50,077 nt of DNA, from assembly GCA_007280395.1 (NCBI GenBank), contig QYQH01000004.1, positions 1 to 50,077 on the forward strand. The letters are read 5' to 3'. Shown here in pieces: positions 1 through 8,823 of the stretch; the first letter of the stretch is position 1; every line of letters starts with the position of its first letter. This DNA is from Actinomycetales bacterium. GTDB taxonomy: Bacteria > Actinomycetota > Actinomycetes > Nanopelagicales > Nanopelagicaceae. The notes beneath the pieces were generated by a model. That model was not told where the DNA came from, did not search any database, and worked only from the letters and a program-made list of their open reading frames with translations. The translations under genes and the position numbers were made by a program.

Positions 1-437
1 AAGCCCTTGCGAGATAGGAGGCCGTGAACTCTGCGATAAATTACATCGTGATCTAGGTGAGAGCAGGAGCGGAATTTACGTTCTGCCAAGGTGAAGGCCA
101 TCTTGTATTCATCTTCATCATCAATTTTTTCGAGGGCCTCATCAATTATGTCCTGTGAGACCCCTTTAAATTTAAGTTCCTGGGCGATTGAACGCTTCGA
201 TAACTTCTTCTGGCGTTGACGGGATTCACTCCAAATTTGGGCGAACTCCAAATCATTTAACAACCCTTGAAGCTCTAACTCATCTAGAACGGCGGCGGCA
301 ATTTCATCCTCTACGCCACGTTTCTTTAAGTGGGCATGTAGCTCGGCCCTACTCTTCGCACGTGGTGCCAACGCGTAATGCGCGGTGGTTAACGCGAAAG
401 AGTAGGGATCTGCTTCTATTTCTTGACTATTACCCAA
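1..437 (-). CDS. recX: Recombination regulator RecX (3' end truncated by window edge; not in ORF track)
   Basis: Manual translation from TTG at 437: MGNSQEIEADPYSFALTTAHYALAPRAKSRAELHAHLKKRG...LELQGLLNDLEFA..W...R...KKLSKRSIAQELKFKGV...LLSRKG. It has RecX motifs and lies directly downstream of recA. Confidence 0.9.
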   Translation of the reverse strand, partial: MGNSQEIEADPYSFALTTAHYALAPRAKSRAELHAHLKKRGVEDEIAAAVLDELELQGLLNDLEFAQIWSESRQRQKKLSKRSIAQELKFKGVSQDIIDEALEKIDDEDEYKMAFTLAERKFRSCSHLDHDVIYRRVHGLLSRKG

Positions 438-441
438 TTTA

Positions 442-1524
442 TTAGAAATCAACCTCAGCGGTTGCTTCATCAATTGCGGCTACGAGTTCAGCATCGACAA
501 CGATTGGAACATAATGTTCACGAATCTTCTTCTCGATATCGTTTGCAAGATCAGGATTGTCAATCAAGAATGCACGAGCATTCTCTTTTCCTTGACCGAG
601 TTGATCTGCTTCGTAGGTATACCAAGCTCCAGCCTTTTTAACGACTCCGACTTCAACGCCGAGATCGATAAGTGAGCCTTCGCGTGAGATTCCGACGCCG
701 TAAATAATGTCGAACTCTGCCTGCTTAAATGGCGGTGCCATCTTATTCTTAACAACTTTGACGCGGGTGCGGTTTCCGACTGCATCATTGCCATCTTTAA
801 GGGTTTCAATACGGCGAATATCGAGACGGATTGAGGCGTAGAACTTAAGTGCTTTTCCACCTGTTGTTGTCTCTGGAGTTCCAAAGAAGACGCCGATCTT
901 GTCACGCAATTGGTTAATGAAGATTGCGGTGGTATTTGATTGATGGAGTGCGCCAGTAATTTTACGAAGTGCTTGTGACATCAAACGTGCCTGCAAGCCC
1001 ATATGTGAATCGCCCATCTCGCCTTCAATTTCTGCGCGAGGTGTTAGGGCTGCAACTGAGTCAACAACGATTACATCAATTGCGCCAGAGCGAATCAACA
1101 TATCCATGATCTCAAGTGCTTGTTCACCAGTGTCTGGTTGTGAAACTAAAAGTGCATCAATATCGACGCCCAATTTGCGGGCATACTCTGGATCAAGTGC
1201 GTGCTCGGCATCAATAAATGCTGCGATACCGCCAGCCTTCTGCGCATTTGCAATTGCATGAAGTGCAACAGTTGTCTTACCTGAAGATTCTGGTCCGTAA
1301 ATTTCTACGATACGGCCTCGAGGTAGACCACCAATTCCAAGTGCGATATCTAGCGCAACTGAACCGGTTGAAATTACTTCCACAACTTGTGGGCCGCGAT
1401 CGCCCATCTTCATAACTGAACCCTTACCGAATTGACGCTCGATTTGGGCAAGTGCACTTTCTAAGGCTTTGGTGCGATCTGAATTCTGCTTCTCAGATTG
1501 TTTTTCAGGCTGTTCTTTAGCCAT
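442..1524 (-). CDS. recA: Recombinase A (no intein)
   Basis: GPESSGKTT Walker [32 protein letters not shown]. Confidence 0.99.
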   Translation of the reverse strand: MAKEQPEKQSEKQNSDRTKALESALAQIERQFGKGSVMKMGDRGPQVVEVISTGSVALDIALGIGGLPRGRIVEIYGPESSGKTTVALHAIANAQKAGGIAAFIDAEHALDPEYARKLGVDIDALLVSQPDTGEQALEIMDMLIRSGAIDVIVVDSVAALTPRAEIEGEMGDSHMGLQARLMSQALRKITGALHQSNTTAIFINQLRDKIGVFFGTPETTTGGKALKFYASIRLDIRRIETLKDGNDAVGNRTRVKVVKNKMAPPFKQAEFDIIYGVGISREGSLIDLGVEVGVVKKAGAWYTYEADQLGQGKENARAFLIDNPDLANDIEKKIREHYVPIVVDAELVAAIDEATAEVDF

Positions 1525-1561
1525 GTTTTTGACCTTTCATCGATCATCGTTATCGGTCCTG

Positions 1562-1583
1562 AAGGTACGGAGACCCACCGACG
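1562..1583 (-). promoter_or_regulatory. Proximal recA promoter, RecA-NDp/PafBC-type
   Basis: Minus strand reads CGTCGG-TGGGTCTCCG(10 nt)-TACCTT, matching TGTCGG-N10-TANNNT with one mismatch. Confidence 0.7.
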
Positions 1584-1673
1584 GCAGAGGCATGGCATCT
1601 GCGGAATTGTGGAACCGCTCAGGCTGGGTATATCCGAGCTTTTAGCGTTGAAGCCGCCGGCACGAATAGGTAA

Positions 1674-1703
1674 AGGGTAGCCGAACATCTGTTCGAATGG
1701 CAA
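1674..1703 (-). promoter_or_regulatory. Distal recA promoter (-35 TTGCCA, 18 nt, -10 TACCCT)
   Basis: Sigma-A-like hexamers with the SOS box lying in the spacer. Confidence 0.6.
1682..1695. promoter_or_regulatory. LexA operator (SOS box)
   Basis: CGAAC-ATCT-GTTCG, an exact match to the actinobacterial CGAAC-N4-GTTCG consensus, upstream of recA. Confidence 0.92.
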
Positions 1704-1712
1704 CAACACGCC

Positions 1713-1755
1713 GAAACCCCTAATCGAATCTCCACGGAGACCGATCAGGGGTTTC
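1713..1755. terminator. Stem-loop after the APC permease gene, probable terminator of the accessory operon
   Basis: GAAACCCCT...TCTCC-AC-GGAGA...AGGGGTTTC inverted repeat 36 nt past the permease stop; the U-tract is weak on the minus strand. Confidence 0.65.
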
Positions 1756-1791
1756 TAGTCTTTCTACTTTTTAAGCGTTATCACTTATTGC

Positions 1792-3255
1792 TTATCTATT
1801 TGTGCGGAATGGACCAGCAGTTCCATTCTTGAGTCGATTGCGAAGCACAGCAAAATACCAAACAGCAGCTGCTAGCTCGAAGTAAATCGCCATTTTTGCT
1901 ACTACATGGCTTCCGGCAGGAAGAGTCATGCAGAGAACTACGATTATTGCCCAGGCGATGCCAACATAACTGAGTGGGACAAGTTTCTTGCCCATGTCGT
2001 AGTACTGAGCAGGCGCACTTGGAATTTTATTATTCTTTGTTCCAATGACGGCTGCAACTAGTACCGAACCATAAGTTATGTAAAGCACAACGCTAACTAT
2101 TCCCAATACCTGAGAGGCAATTCCTGATGAAAGGAATGTTACGCCTATTGCAAAGGCTCCAACTAGAAGAACAGCAGCAATAGGTGTCTTAGTATTTGGG
2201 TTTACTTTTGCAAATGTCTTTGAGAAAGGAAGCATATTATCTCTAGATAATGAATAACATGTACGTGTAGCTACTGTTACATTTGCAAGTAAACACGAGA
2301 ACATGGATACAAAGCAAACAACCTGTAGCAAGAATCCACCAGCAGAACCAAAATGAGATTCAAAAATTGAAATCATTGGGTTTGCTGATGTTGAGTTAAC
2401 AGTGTCCGCAATTGGGCCAGGAATCGCCATTGCGAATATTGCGAATACTCCTAAGCCTGCTAAACCAGAAATAATTACTGCGCGGCGCATCGCTTGTGGA
2501 GCAACCTTGCGGGGATCATGAGTCTCTTCCGCTAAGTCAGCAGAACCTTCCCAACCAGCGATTGTCCAAATTGGAAGAAGTAGAGCTGTTGCAATCGCAG
2601 TTATGTTAATTGCTCCTCCGGTACTAGAACCCCTCTGGAAAAGAATGCTTGCACCTTGCTTATTAGCAAAGAAGGCGATTCCAATTCCAAGAAGAAGAGT
2701 TAGGCCGATAGTTCCAACAAGTTCAATACTTGCTCCACCATTATTTATGCGAGCAGTCAATTTGATCGAAATTATATTCACAATTACTGCAAAGACGATT
2801 CCAATAGTTGAAAGCATGATGATGTTTGCATGTGTTGGCTTATCCCAGAAATCTGGAGCGAAGACCGACGCTGTTGCTACAGCGATACCTGCAGAACCAA
2901 CGAATTGGCAGAGCAGAGCATTCCAGCCAGTAAACCAACCATAGGATGGATTAACTAAGCGTGAAGCCCAGTGATACGCATACCCAGTGATTGGAAGTCG
3001 AACTGCCAAGTGGCCATAAACAGCAGACAATAGAAGTGTTCCTGCGATTACTGGAAGCCATAACCAAATAGCGACGCCGCCAATAGTTTGGAATGGTTGT
3101 GCAAATAAAGTGAAGACAGTAGTTGTAACACTGATCATTGAGAAAGCTAGTGCGAAAGATGAAAATCCACCCATCGTACGTTTAAGTTCTTCTTTATAAC
3201 CAAAAGCGCCGAGCACTTTATCTTCTTGAATGTCTTGATTATCGTTATACGGCAT
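1792..3255 (-). CDS. APC-superfamily amino acid/polyamine-type permease
   Basis: About 12 hydrophobic segments; FGYKEELKRTMGGFSSFALAFSMIS, GWEGSADLAEET, YSLSRDNMLP motifs; SD GAGGAG at 3261-3266. Confidence 0.9.
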   Translation of the reverse strand: MPYNDNQDIQEDKVLGAFGYKEELKRTMGGFSSFALAFSMISVTTTVFTLFAQPFQTIGGVAIWLWLPVIAGTLLLSAVYGHLAVRLPITGYAYHWASRLVNPSYGWFTGWNALLCQFVGSAGIAVATASVFAPDFWDKPTHANIIMLSTIGIVFAVIVNIISIKLTARINNGGASIELVGTIGLTLLLGIGIAFFANKQGASILFQRGSSTGGAINITAIATALLLPIWTIAGWEGSADLAEETHDPRKVAPQAMRRAVIISGLAGLGVFAIFAMAIPGPIADTVNSTSANPMISIFESHFGSAGGFLLQVVCFVSMFSCLLANVTVATRTCYSLSRDNMLPFSKTFAKVNPNTKTPIAAVLLVGAFAIGVTFLSSGIASQVLGIVSVVLYITYGSVLVAAVIGTKNNKIPSAPAQYYDMGKKLVPLSYVGIAWAIIVVLCMTLPAGSHVVAKMAIYFELAAAVWYFAVLRNRLKNGTAGPFRTNR

Positions 3256-3366
3256 TTTTACTCCTCGTCATTGAGATTCTTTGAGAAAAACAAACGTTGG
3301 TAAACGTTAACTAAAATTAATCTAAAAGGGAAGATGTCTCGATATTAAGTTTTAAGTTTGTGGGGC

Positions 3367-4131
3367 TTAATCCATATACGCTCCCCCGTTTACTGAGATT
3401 GCTTCACCGGTAATAAAGTCGGCATCTGGGCCCGCTAGAAAAGCCACAACCTTCGCTACATCTTCGGGTGTCTCTAAGCGGGCAAGAGGGGTGTCATTAA
3501 TCCAAAGTTTTTTTACACTCTCGGGATCAGTTCCGCGGAGTTGTGCCTCCCACGCTAATTCCCGATCTTGCATTGGCGTTGCTACAAATCCTGGACAGAC
3601 ACAATTAACTCGAATTCCATGTGGCGCTAATTCAAAGGCCATTGCTTGAGTCAGGCCGAGTACTGCAAACTTACTTGCAACATAATCAGCAAGGAATGGA
3701 ACTCGCCCCTGCTTTGCCGCCATCGATGCGGTGTTAATAATTTTTCCTTTTATACCAAGTTCAATCATTTTTCTTGCAACCGCTTGTCCGCAGTAGAAAA
3801 TTCCATAGGTATTTACTTCAAAACTACGTTTTAAATCTTCTGGAGATACATCTACAAACTTTTGCATCTTTGAAATACCGGCATTTGAAACCCAAACATC
3901 AATCCCACCAAAATCTTTGACAACCTTATTTACTAATTCGCTTGAGGCGGTTGGGTTCGTTACATCCAATTGTTCAGCTACTGCGCCTTTCAATTCACTT
4001 GCTACTTTTTGCGCACTCTTTAAATCAATATCGGACACGACAACGGTATAGCCGCGGGAGAACAACTCTCGGGCGATTGCTGCACCGATTCCTGATCCTG
4101 CTCCTGTTACTACGGCTACCTGATTGCTCAT
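3367..4131 (-). CDS. Short-chain dehydrogenase/reductase, probable NAD-dependent polyol/sugar dehydrogenase
   Basis: TGAGSGIG, SNAG, catalytic YVASK; acidic residue after beta-2 (SDID) suggests NAD preference. Confidence 0.9.
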   Translation of the reverse strand: MSNQVAVVTGAGSGIGAAIARELFSRGYTVVVSDIDLKSAQKVASELKGAVAEQLDVTNPTASSELVNKVVKDFGGIDVWVSNAGISKMQKFVDVSPEDLKRSFEVNTYGIFYCGQAVARKMIELGIKGKIINTASMAAKQGRVPFLADYVASKFAVLGLTQAMAFELAPHGIRVNCVCPGFVATPMQDRELAWEAQLRGTDPESVKKLWINDTPLARLETPEDVAKVVAFLAGPDADFITGEAISVNGGAYMD

Positions 4132-4139
4132 TTATCCTC

Positions 4140-5630
4140 CTAATTAGTTCTTGCTAATTTATGTGAAATTTCCCGAGTTGATGTTTGTAGCTCCAGATAC
4201 ATTCCATAGCGCTCTTGATATCTCGCTTTGTTACTTCCGTTAGGCTCGATGATTTCGCCTTTTTCTAAAGCACCATCCACATATGACCAATCGCTAATTG
4301 CCCCACTTCCTATGCCTGCAATAACTGCTGCTCCGAATGAAGCTCCGGGATGGTTAATAATTGAAGTCAAATTCTTGTCGAGTACATCTGCAAGAATTTC
4401 TCGCCATAACCTTGATTTTGAGCCACCATTTGTAACCTTTGGGCTCTTAACAATTAACCCGCGCTCGGCAAAGATTTGAAAGTGTTCTTTAAATCCATAG
4501 GCAATCGCTTCGAGAAATGATCTATGAATATCGCCACGTGTTGTTCCAAGATGCAGCCCAGAAATAACGCCTCTCAAGTTCGGATCATGCAGAGGAGATT
4601 TTTCACCCAAAAAATATGGAAGTGTAAGTAACGCACCTGCTTCACTGTTCTGCGCCTCATTATCAAGAGTTTCGAGGTCAACGCCATTTAATATTTTTTG
4701 CTCCCAGCGAAGTAGTGAACCACTAGTCGCCATGCAACCGTTTGGTAACCATTTTCCAGGGATTGGGTGAGCATCTAAATACAATCTGGGATCGATAAAA
4801 AATTCATCGCTAACTGCCAAGATATCTCCTGCGCCGCCAAGTTTTACCAAACAATCTCCGTGGCTATTTAAGCCAGCGCCATAAGCTGAGAGCACGTGGT
4901 CGGCTCCACCTACGTAAATTGCTATTCCTGCTTGTAGACCAGTTTCAATTGCAGCCGCTTTAGAAACTTCACCAACTGGAGTACCAGGGTCTAGCGGAGT
5001 TAATAGCTCTGGCCAAGAAATATTTGTAGCGCTTATGACTTCACTAATAGGTTGCTTATCCCAACCATATAAACCACTTTCGATTGCCCAGTTACGTTCG
5101 ACATGTGGTTTTGCACCTAAGCGCATTGCAATCCAGTCATATGATCCAGAAATCAACTTCGCTCTCCTCCAAATCTCGCTCTCATTTCGCGAGAGCCAAA
5201 GGGCCGTTGGAGCAACCGACTGCTGTGTCAACAACGATCCCGTGAGTGAAAGCAAATCTAACCCTTCTAATTTTGAAGATAACTCAGATATCTCGCTAGT
5301 AGCGCGAGCATCATTTTGAAGTATCGCCCGACGCAGAACCTGACCATTTTCATCTGAAATTACAACCGCAGGGACCATTCCAGATATTGCGACGGCAGAA
5401 ATATCTGTGCTCTTGCAATTAGCTTTAGCAATTAATTTCGGTATCGCAATGCAAAGGCTCTGCCACCACTCATCCGTATCGGCTTCAGCCCACCCAGTGT
5501 GTTCGTTATATAGGGCCAAGCTTTCGGAGACGGTGGCACAAATACCTTTCTCCACATCCAACAAGACAGCCTTAAGTCCAGAAGAGCCGATATCGACTCC
5601 AAGGATTAAGGTTGAATTGTTTTTAGGCAC
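4140..5630 (-). CDS. FGGY-family carbohydrate kinase (xylulokinase-like)
   Basis: LGVDIGSSG, ILQNDAR, GGADH, PYFLGEKSP, GGSKS. Start moved from 5693 to GTG at 5630, which overlaps the BtpA stop by 8 nt. Confidence 0.9.
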   Translation of the reverse strand: MPKNNSTLILGVDIGSSGLKAVLLDVEKGICATVSESLALYNEHTGWAEADTDEWWQSLCIAIPKLIAKANCKSTDISAVAISGMVPAVVISDENGQVLRRAILQNDARATSEISELSSKLEGLDLLSLTGSLLTQQSVAPTALWLSRNESEIWRRAKLISGSYDWIAMRLGAKPHVERNWAIESGLYGWDKQPISEVISATNISWPELLTPLDPGTPVGEVSKAAAIETGLQAGIAIYVGGADHVLSAYGAGLNSHGDCLVKLGGAGDILAVSDEFFIDPRLYLDAHPIPGKWLPNGCMATSGSLLRWEQKILNGVDLETLDNEAQNSEAGALLTLPYFLGEKSPLHDPNLRGVISGLHLGTTRGDIHRSFLEAIAYGFKEHFQIFAERGLIVKSPKVTNGGSKSRLWREILADVLDKNLTSIINHPGASFGAAVIAGIGSGAISDWSYVDGALEKGEIIEPNGSNKARYQERYGMYLELQTSTREISHKLARTN

Positions 5631-6426
5631 TACGGGCCGCCTCAATAAATCTCTTTGCTCGCTCTGGATCCACTTCATTCCACGTGTAGCCATCGCGCTT
5701 TAAATCGCTACCAACAATGCAGCCATCCGCATATTTGAAGAATTCTTTTATCGTGGTTGAACGAGCACCAGTGTTTAACAAGACCGGAATCTCTTTTTCG
5801 ACCGCTTCGCGAACATCTGCCACAGTCTTCACATCAGGCTGACTTCCAGCCATTGGACCAGAAACTAAAATAACATCTGGCAAACTTGAAACGACTGTTG
5901 ATTTAGCCATCTGCGCCGGAGTTCGTTGCCCAATACTTGATGCAAATTCCGGAGTTATATTTGCAAAAATTGCTAGATCATCGCGACCAAAATTGCGGCG
6001 ATTGCGCAAAAGCGTTGCAGCATCAGGAGTCCACAAGCCCATATCTGACTCCCAAGTTCCAGTAATTACTTCACGCATAAAATATGCACTACTGCCGACA
6101 GCGATAGCCATTGCACACTGTTCATCCCAGAGAAAATCTACGCCGAATGGAATATCGGTTGGCTTGCACTCTGTCACCACCCGTGTCATAACTGCCGATG
6201 CTTCTAACCCAGCGTTCAGTTGGTATGGGCGGTCGCCTTCATTACAGAAGAGAATGGCATCAAAGCCTGCTTTTAATAACTCTTCAGTATCTCGTTTTAC
6301 ATGATCTATTAGACCTTGCACACCCTTTGCAGCATCGTAAAGTGGTGTTCCTGGGAGTGGCGGAACATGTGCCATTGCAATTAAAGGTTTTTTAATATTT
6401 GGAAAGATTTTCGAGAAGCGAGACAT
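5623..6426 (-). CDS. BtpA/SgcQ-family protein (TIM-barrel, function unknown)
   Basis: IAMAHVPPLPGTP, NEGDRPY, PFGVDFLWD, IVGSDLKRDG are family signatures. Confidence 0.9.
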   Translation of the reverse strand: MSRFSKIFPNIKKPLIAMAHVPPLPGTPLYDAAKGVQGLIDHVKRDTEELLKAGFDAILFCNEGDRPYQLNAGLEASAVMTRVVTECKPTDIPFGVDFLWDEQCAMAIAVGSSAYFMREVITGTWESDMGLWTPDAATLLRNRRNFGRDDLAIFANITPEFASSIGQRTPAQMAKSTVVSSLPDVILVSGPMAGSQPDVKTVADVREAVEKEIPVLLNTGARSTTIKEFFKYADGCIVGSDLKRDGYTWNEVDPERAKRFIEAARSA

Positions 6427-7226
6427 TAGTTACCTTCCTGGTTATTTTTTTCATTTCGAATTGGTTCTACGTGAATTACTTCGATTCCTGCATCTCTAAT
6501 CTGTGAAATTACTTTGTTATTTGGTGAGGCATTTGTAATTAAGATATCTACCACATCAATTGGAGCCACATTTGCAAAAGCAACTTTTCCTATTTTTGTG
6601 GCATCGGCGAGAACTACGACTCGGCTGGCTGCGCTTATCGCTTCTTGTTTAACTCTTGTGTCATCAAGGTTATATTCAGTTAACCCTTTACTAGAACTTA
6701 TGCCGGCTACTCCTAAGAACACCGTGTCACAATTTAGATCTGAGAAAGAACTCTCAGCGCGAGCGCCTATTAAACTCATCTCGCCGTTACGGAGAATTCC
6801 GCCAGTAACAATTGTTCTAATATTTGGTTTCGCTGAAAGTTCCCCAGCAATCAGAATTGAACTCGTTATTAGCGTCAGTTGTAACTTTGCATCGATTGCA
6901 CGAGCCAATTCGAGGGTGGTAGTTCCAACATCGATAATTGCGGTCTCGTTATCGGATAAAAGAGCGGCAGCGGCTCGCCCAATTCGCATCTTTGCTTCAT
7001 GCTCAAAACCAGTCCTTGTGATTATTGGAGGTTCGTATGAACGACTCTGAGATGGGATTGCGCCGCCTCTCACCCGGCGGATATAGCCATCGAACTCCAA
7101 CGTTTCCAGATCCCGCCGAATCGTCATCTCTGAGAGACCAAATTCTTTTGCTAGCTCTGAGATTGCCGTTTCGCCAGAGGAATTCAAACGATCAAGGATT
7201 GCCTGTTTTCGAAGGGTTGACTTCAT
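6426..7226 (-). CDS. DeoR/GlpR-family transcriptional regulator
   Basis: N-terminal HTH LSEMTIRRDL..L...G...RVRGGA; sugar-phosphate sensor domain IDVGTTT, LADATKIG. Confidence 0.95.
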   Translation of the reverse strand: MKSTLRKQAILDRLNSSGETAISELAKEFGLSEMTIRRDLETLEFDGYIRRVRGGAIPSQSRSYEPPIITRTGFEHEAKMRIGRAAAALLSDNETAIIDVGTTTLELARAIDAKLQLTLITSSILIAGELSAKPNIRTIVTGGILRNGEMSLIGARAESSFSDLNCDTVFLGVAGISSSKGLTEYNLDDTRVKQEAISAASRVVVLADATKIGKVAFANVAPIDVVDILITNASPNNKVISQIRDAGIEVIHVEPIRNEKNNQEGN

Positions 7227-7232
7227 CTCTGT

Positions 7233-7270
7233 AGGCTAACTCTTGATTCACAAAATACAACTGTATTTTG
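7233..7270 (-). promoter_or_regulatory. Leaderless promoter of the DeoR operon with candidate operator palindrome at 7251-7270
   Basis: -10 TAGCCT (7233-7238) 6 nt before ATG; CAAAATACA-AC-TGTATTTTG perfect inverted repeat over the -35 region. Confidence 0.7.
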
Positions 7271-7306
7271 ATAATTTCTAACACATATTCACATTTTGGA
7301 GATTAA

Positions 7307-7498
7307 CTACCTAAATTTGGCTGGCATCTGTGGGTTATGAGCGACTACGCCCTTCCAGATATCTCCTGGCTCTTGGCCGGTTAAAAGGGCTTCTTCAACC
7401 GTTAAGCCACCTAATTCAGCGTGAACGGTGTCGCGGCTATAAGTTGTTGGGTCTGGAAAATACTCAGCCATGCGAGCGCGCAGCTCTGTTATCCGCAT
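7307..7498 (-). CDS. DUF3046 domain protein
   Basis: MRITEL...F...Y..D.V..ELGGLTVEEAL..G..P..IW pattern; this family normally precedes recA in Actinomycetota. Confidence 0.85.
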   Translation of the reverse strand: MRITELRARMAEYFPDPTTYSRDTVHAELGGLTVEEALLTGQEPGDIWKGVVAHNPQMPAKFR

Positions 7499-7528
7499 TT
7501 ATTCAGCCCTCTTAACCTCTTAAGCTTA

Positions 7529-8026
7529 TTACGCAAGTGATCTGGCGATTTGTTCGGCTTGGTGTGCTGATTCAGCCGGGGCCAATGGTGAGGCAATCTG
7601 GCCAATCAGCCAGTGCAGCACCAGGCTGGAATTATTTAAACCAAAAATCTTAGTTAGCGACTCTTGAACCGTTGCCCAAAGCGGGTGCTCGCTGATTGTT
7701 ACAAAGCTGGCGATATCTTCAGGGTCAGTCTCGGTCATCTTTCGCAGCGCCTTATCCCCTGAAATCTCGCGAGATAGAACTAGAAGCGCATCCTTTGGAG
7801 TTGGTGAGTTAGCTGCAAGATCTGCAAGGCGTAATATTTCGGATTCGAGAAGGCTAAGCATCATCTCTTCTTTATCTGCAAAGTGGTTATAAACCGTGGC
7901 TCGTGAGACTTGGGCACGAGCGGCGATATCGACCATATTGGATTCATAAGAGCCAACTTCAGTAATAACTATTTTGGCACCCAAAAGGATTGCAGTTTTT
8001 GAACGTTGGGCTGGGGCCACAGTCAT
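7529..8026 (-). CDS. TetR/AcrR-family transcriptional regulator
   Basis: DIAARAQVSRATVYNHFADKEE HTH. Confidence 0.9.
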   Translation of the reverse strand: MTVAPAQRSKTAILLGAKIVITEVGSYESNMVDIAARAQVSRATVYNHFADKEEMMLSLLESEILRLADLAANSPTPKDALLVLSREISGDKALRKMTETDPEDIASFVTISEHPLWATVQESLTKIFGLNNSSLVLHWLIGQIASPLAPAESAHQAEQIARSLA

Positions 8027-8068
8027 CGCTTAATCCAATATCCGGAACTTTCGTCGCTAGCTAAGAAG

Positions 8069-8347
8069 CTAAGCGGCGGCTTCTACAACGCTAAGTGATG
8101 GAGCTTCTGTTGCGCGAATTGCAAGTGATACATCTGAGATAACTGTTAACAATGAGAGATCGAGCGCTTGGCAGATTGAATTTAGAAGCTCCGAAGATGC
8201 TTCTTTCTGGCCACGTTCTACTTCAGATAAATAACCCAATGAGACGCGTGCTGATTTTGCAACATCGCGAAGGGTGCGCCCTTGGGAAATTCGCGCTTGG
8301 CGCAGGGTGCTGCCGATATGGGTTCGAAGAAGTATCACGGGATTCAC
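8069..8347 (-). CDS. clgR: XRE-family HTH regulator, ClgR-like
   Basis: [34 protein letters not shown]; pgsA-cinA-clgR synteny. Confidence 0.85.
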   Translation of the reverse strand: MNPVILLRTHIGSTLRQARISQGRTLRDVAKSARVSLGYLSEVERGQKEASSELLNSICQALDLSLLTVISDVSLAIRATEAPSLSVVEAAA

Positions 8348-8823
8348 AAGAGAAGGATACGCGAAAAAGTGGCTAATGCGCTCTCAATTGTGGACTTTCT
8401 TACCGTGGCGCGATCGCCCGCTATCGAAAGTTCAACGGCAATAACCTCTTTTTTTGTGGCAATGGCGAGCCATACCGAACCGGCGCTCTTTCCATAAGCC
8501 TTGCCCGGACCTGCTACCCCGGTAGTTGAAATTGCGAAATCAGATTTAAATATTTTGCGCACGCTCTCGGCCATCGCCTTTGCAACTTCTTCAGATACTG
8601 CGGTGTGCTTTGAAATCAACCGCTTTGGGATTTCTAGTAATTTCACTTTGCTGGAATCGGTGTACGTGGTAATTCCGCCAAGGAAGACTTCAGATGATCC
8701 TGGAACTTCAGTAAGTGCGGCGCCTAGTCCGCCACCAGTTAGTGATTCGGCTACGGCCAGAGTCTTGCCAGATTTTCTTAATTGTTTAATGACGGTTGTT
8801 GCTAATTCTAAATCCGACTTCAT
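8344..8823 (-). CDS. cinA: CinA C-terminal domain protein / NMN deamidase PncC-like
   Basis: [26 protein letters not shown]. Confidence 0.9.
   Translation of the reverse strand: MKSDLELATTVIKQLRKSGKTLAVAESLTGGGLGAALTEVPGSSEVFLGGITTYTDSSKVKLLEIPKRLISKHTAVSEEVAKAMAESVRKIFKSDFAISTTGVAGPGKAYGKSAGSVWLAIATKKEVIAVELSIAGDRATVRKSTIESALATFSRILLL

Noticed and set aside
5631-5693. N-terminal extension of the FGGY kinase in the ORF track
   Set aside because: It would overlap BtpA by 71 nt; GTG at 5630 gives a typical coupled start just before the first kinase motif.
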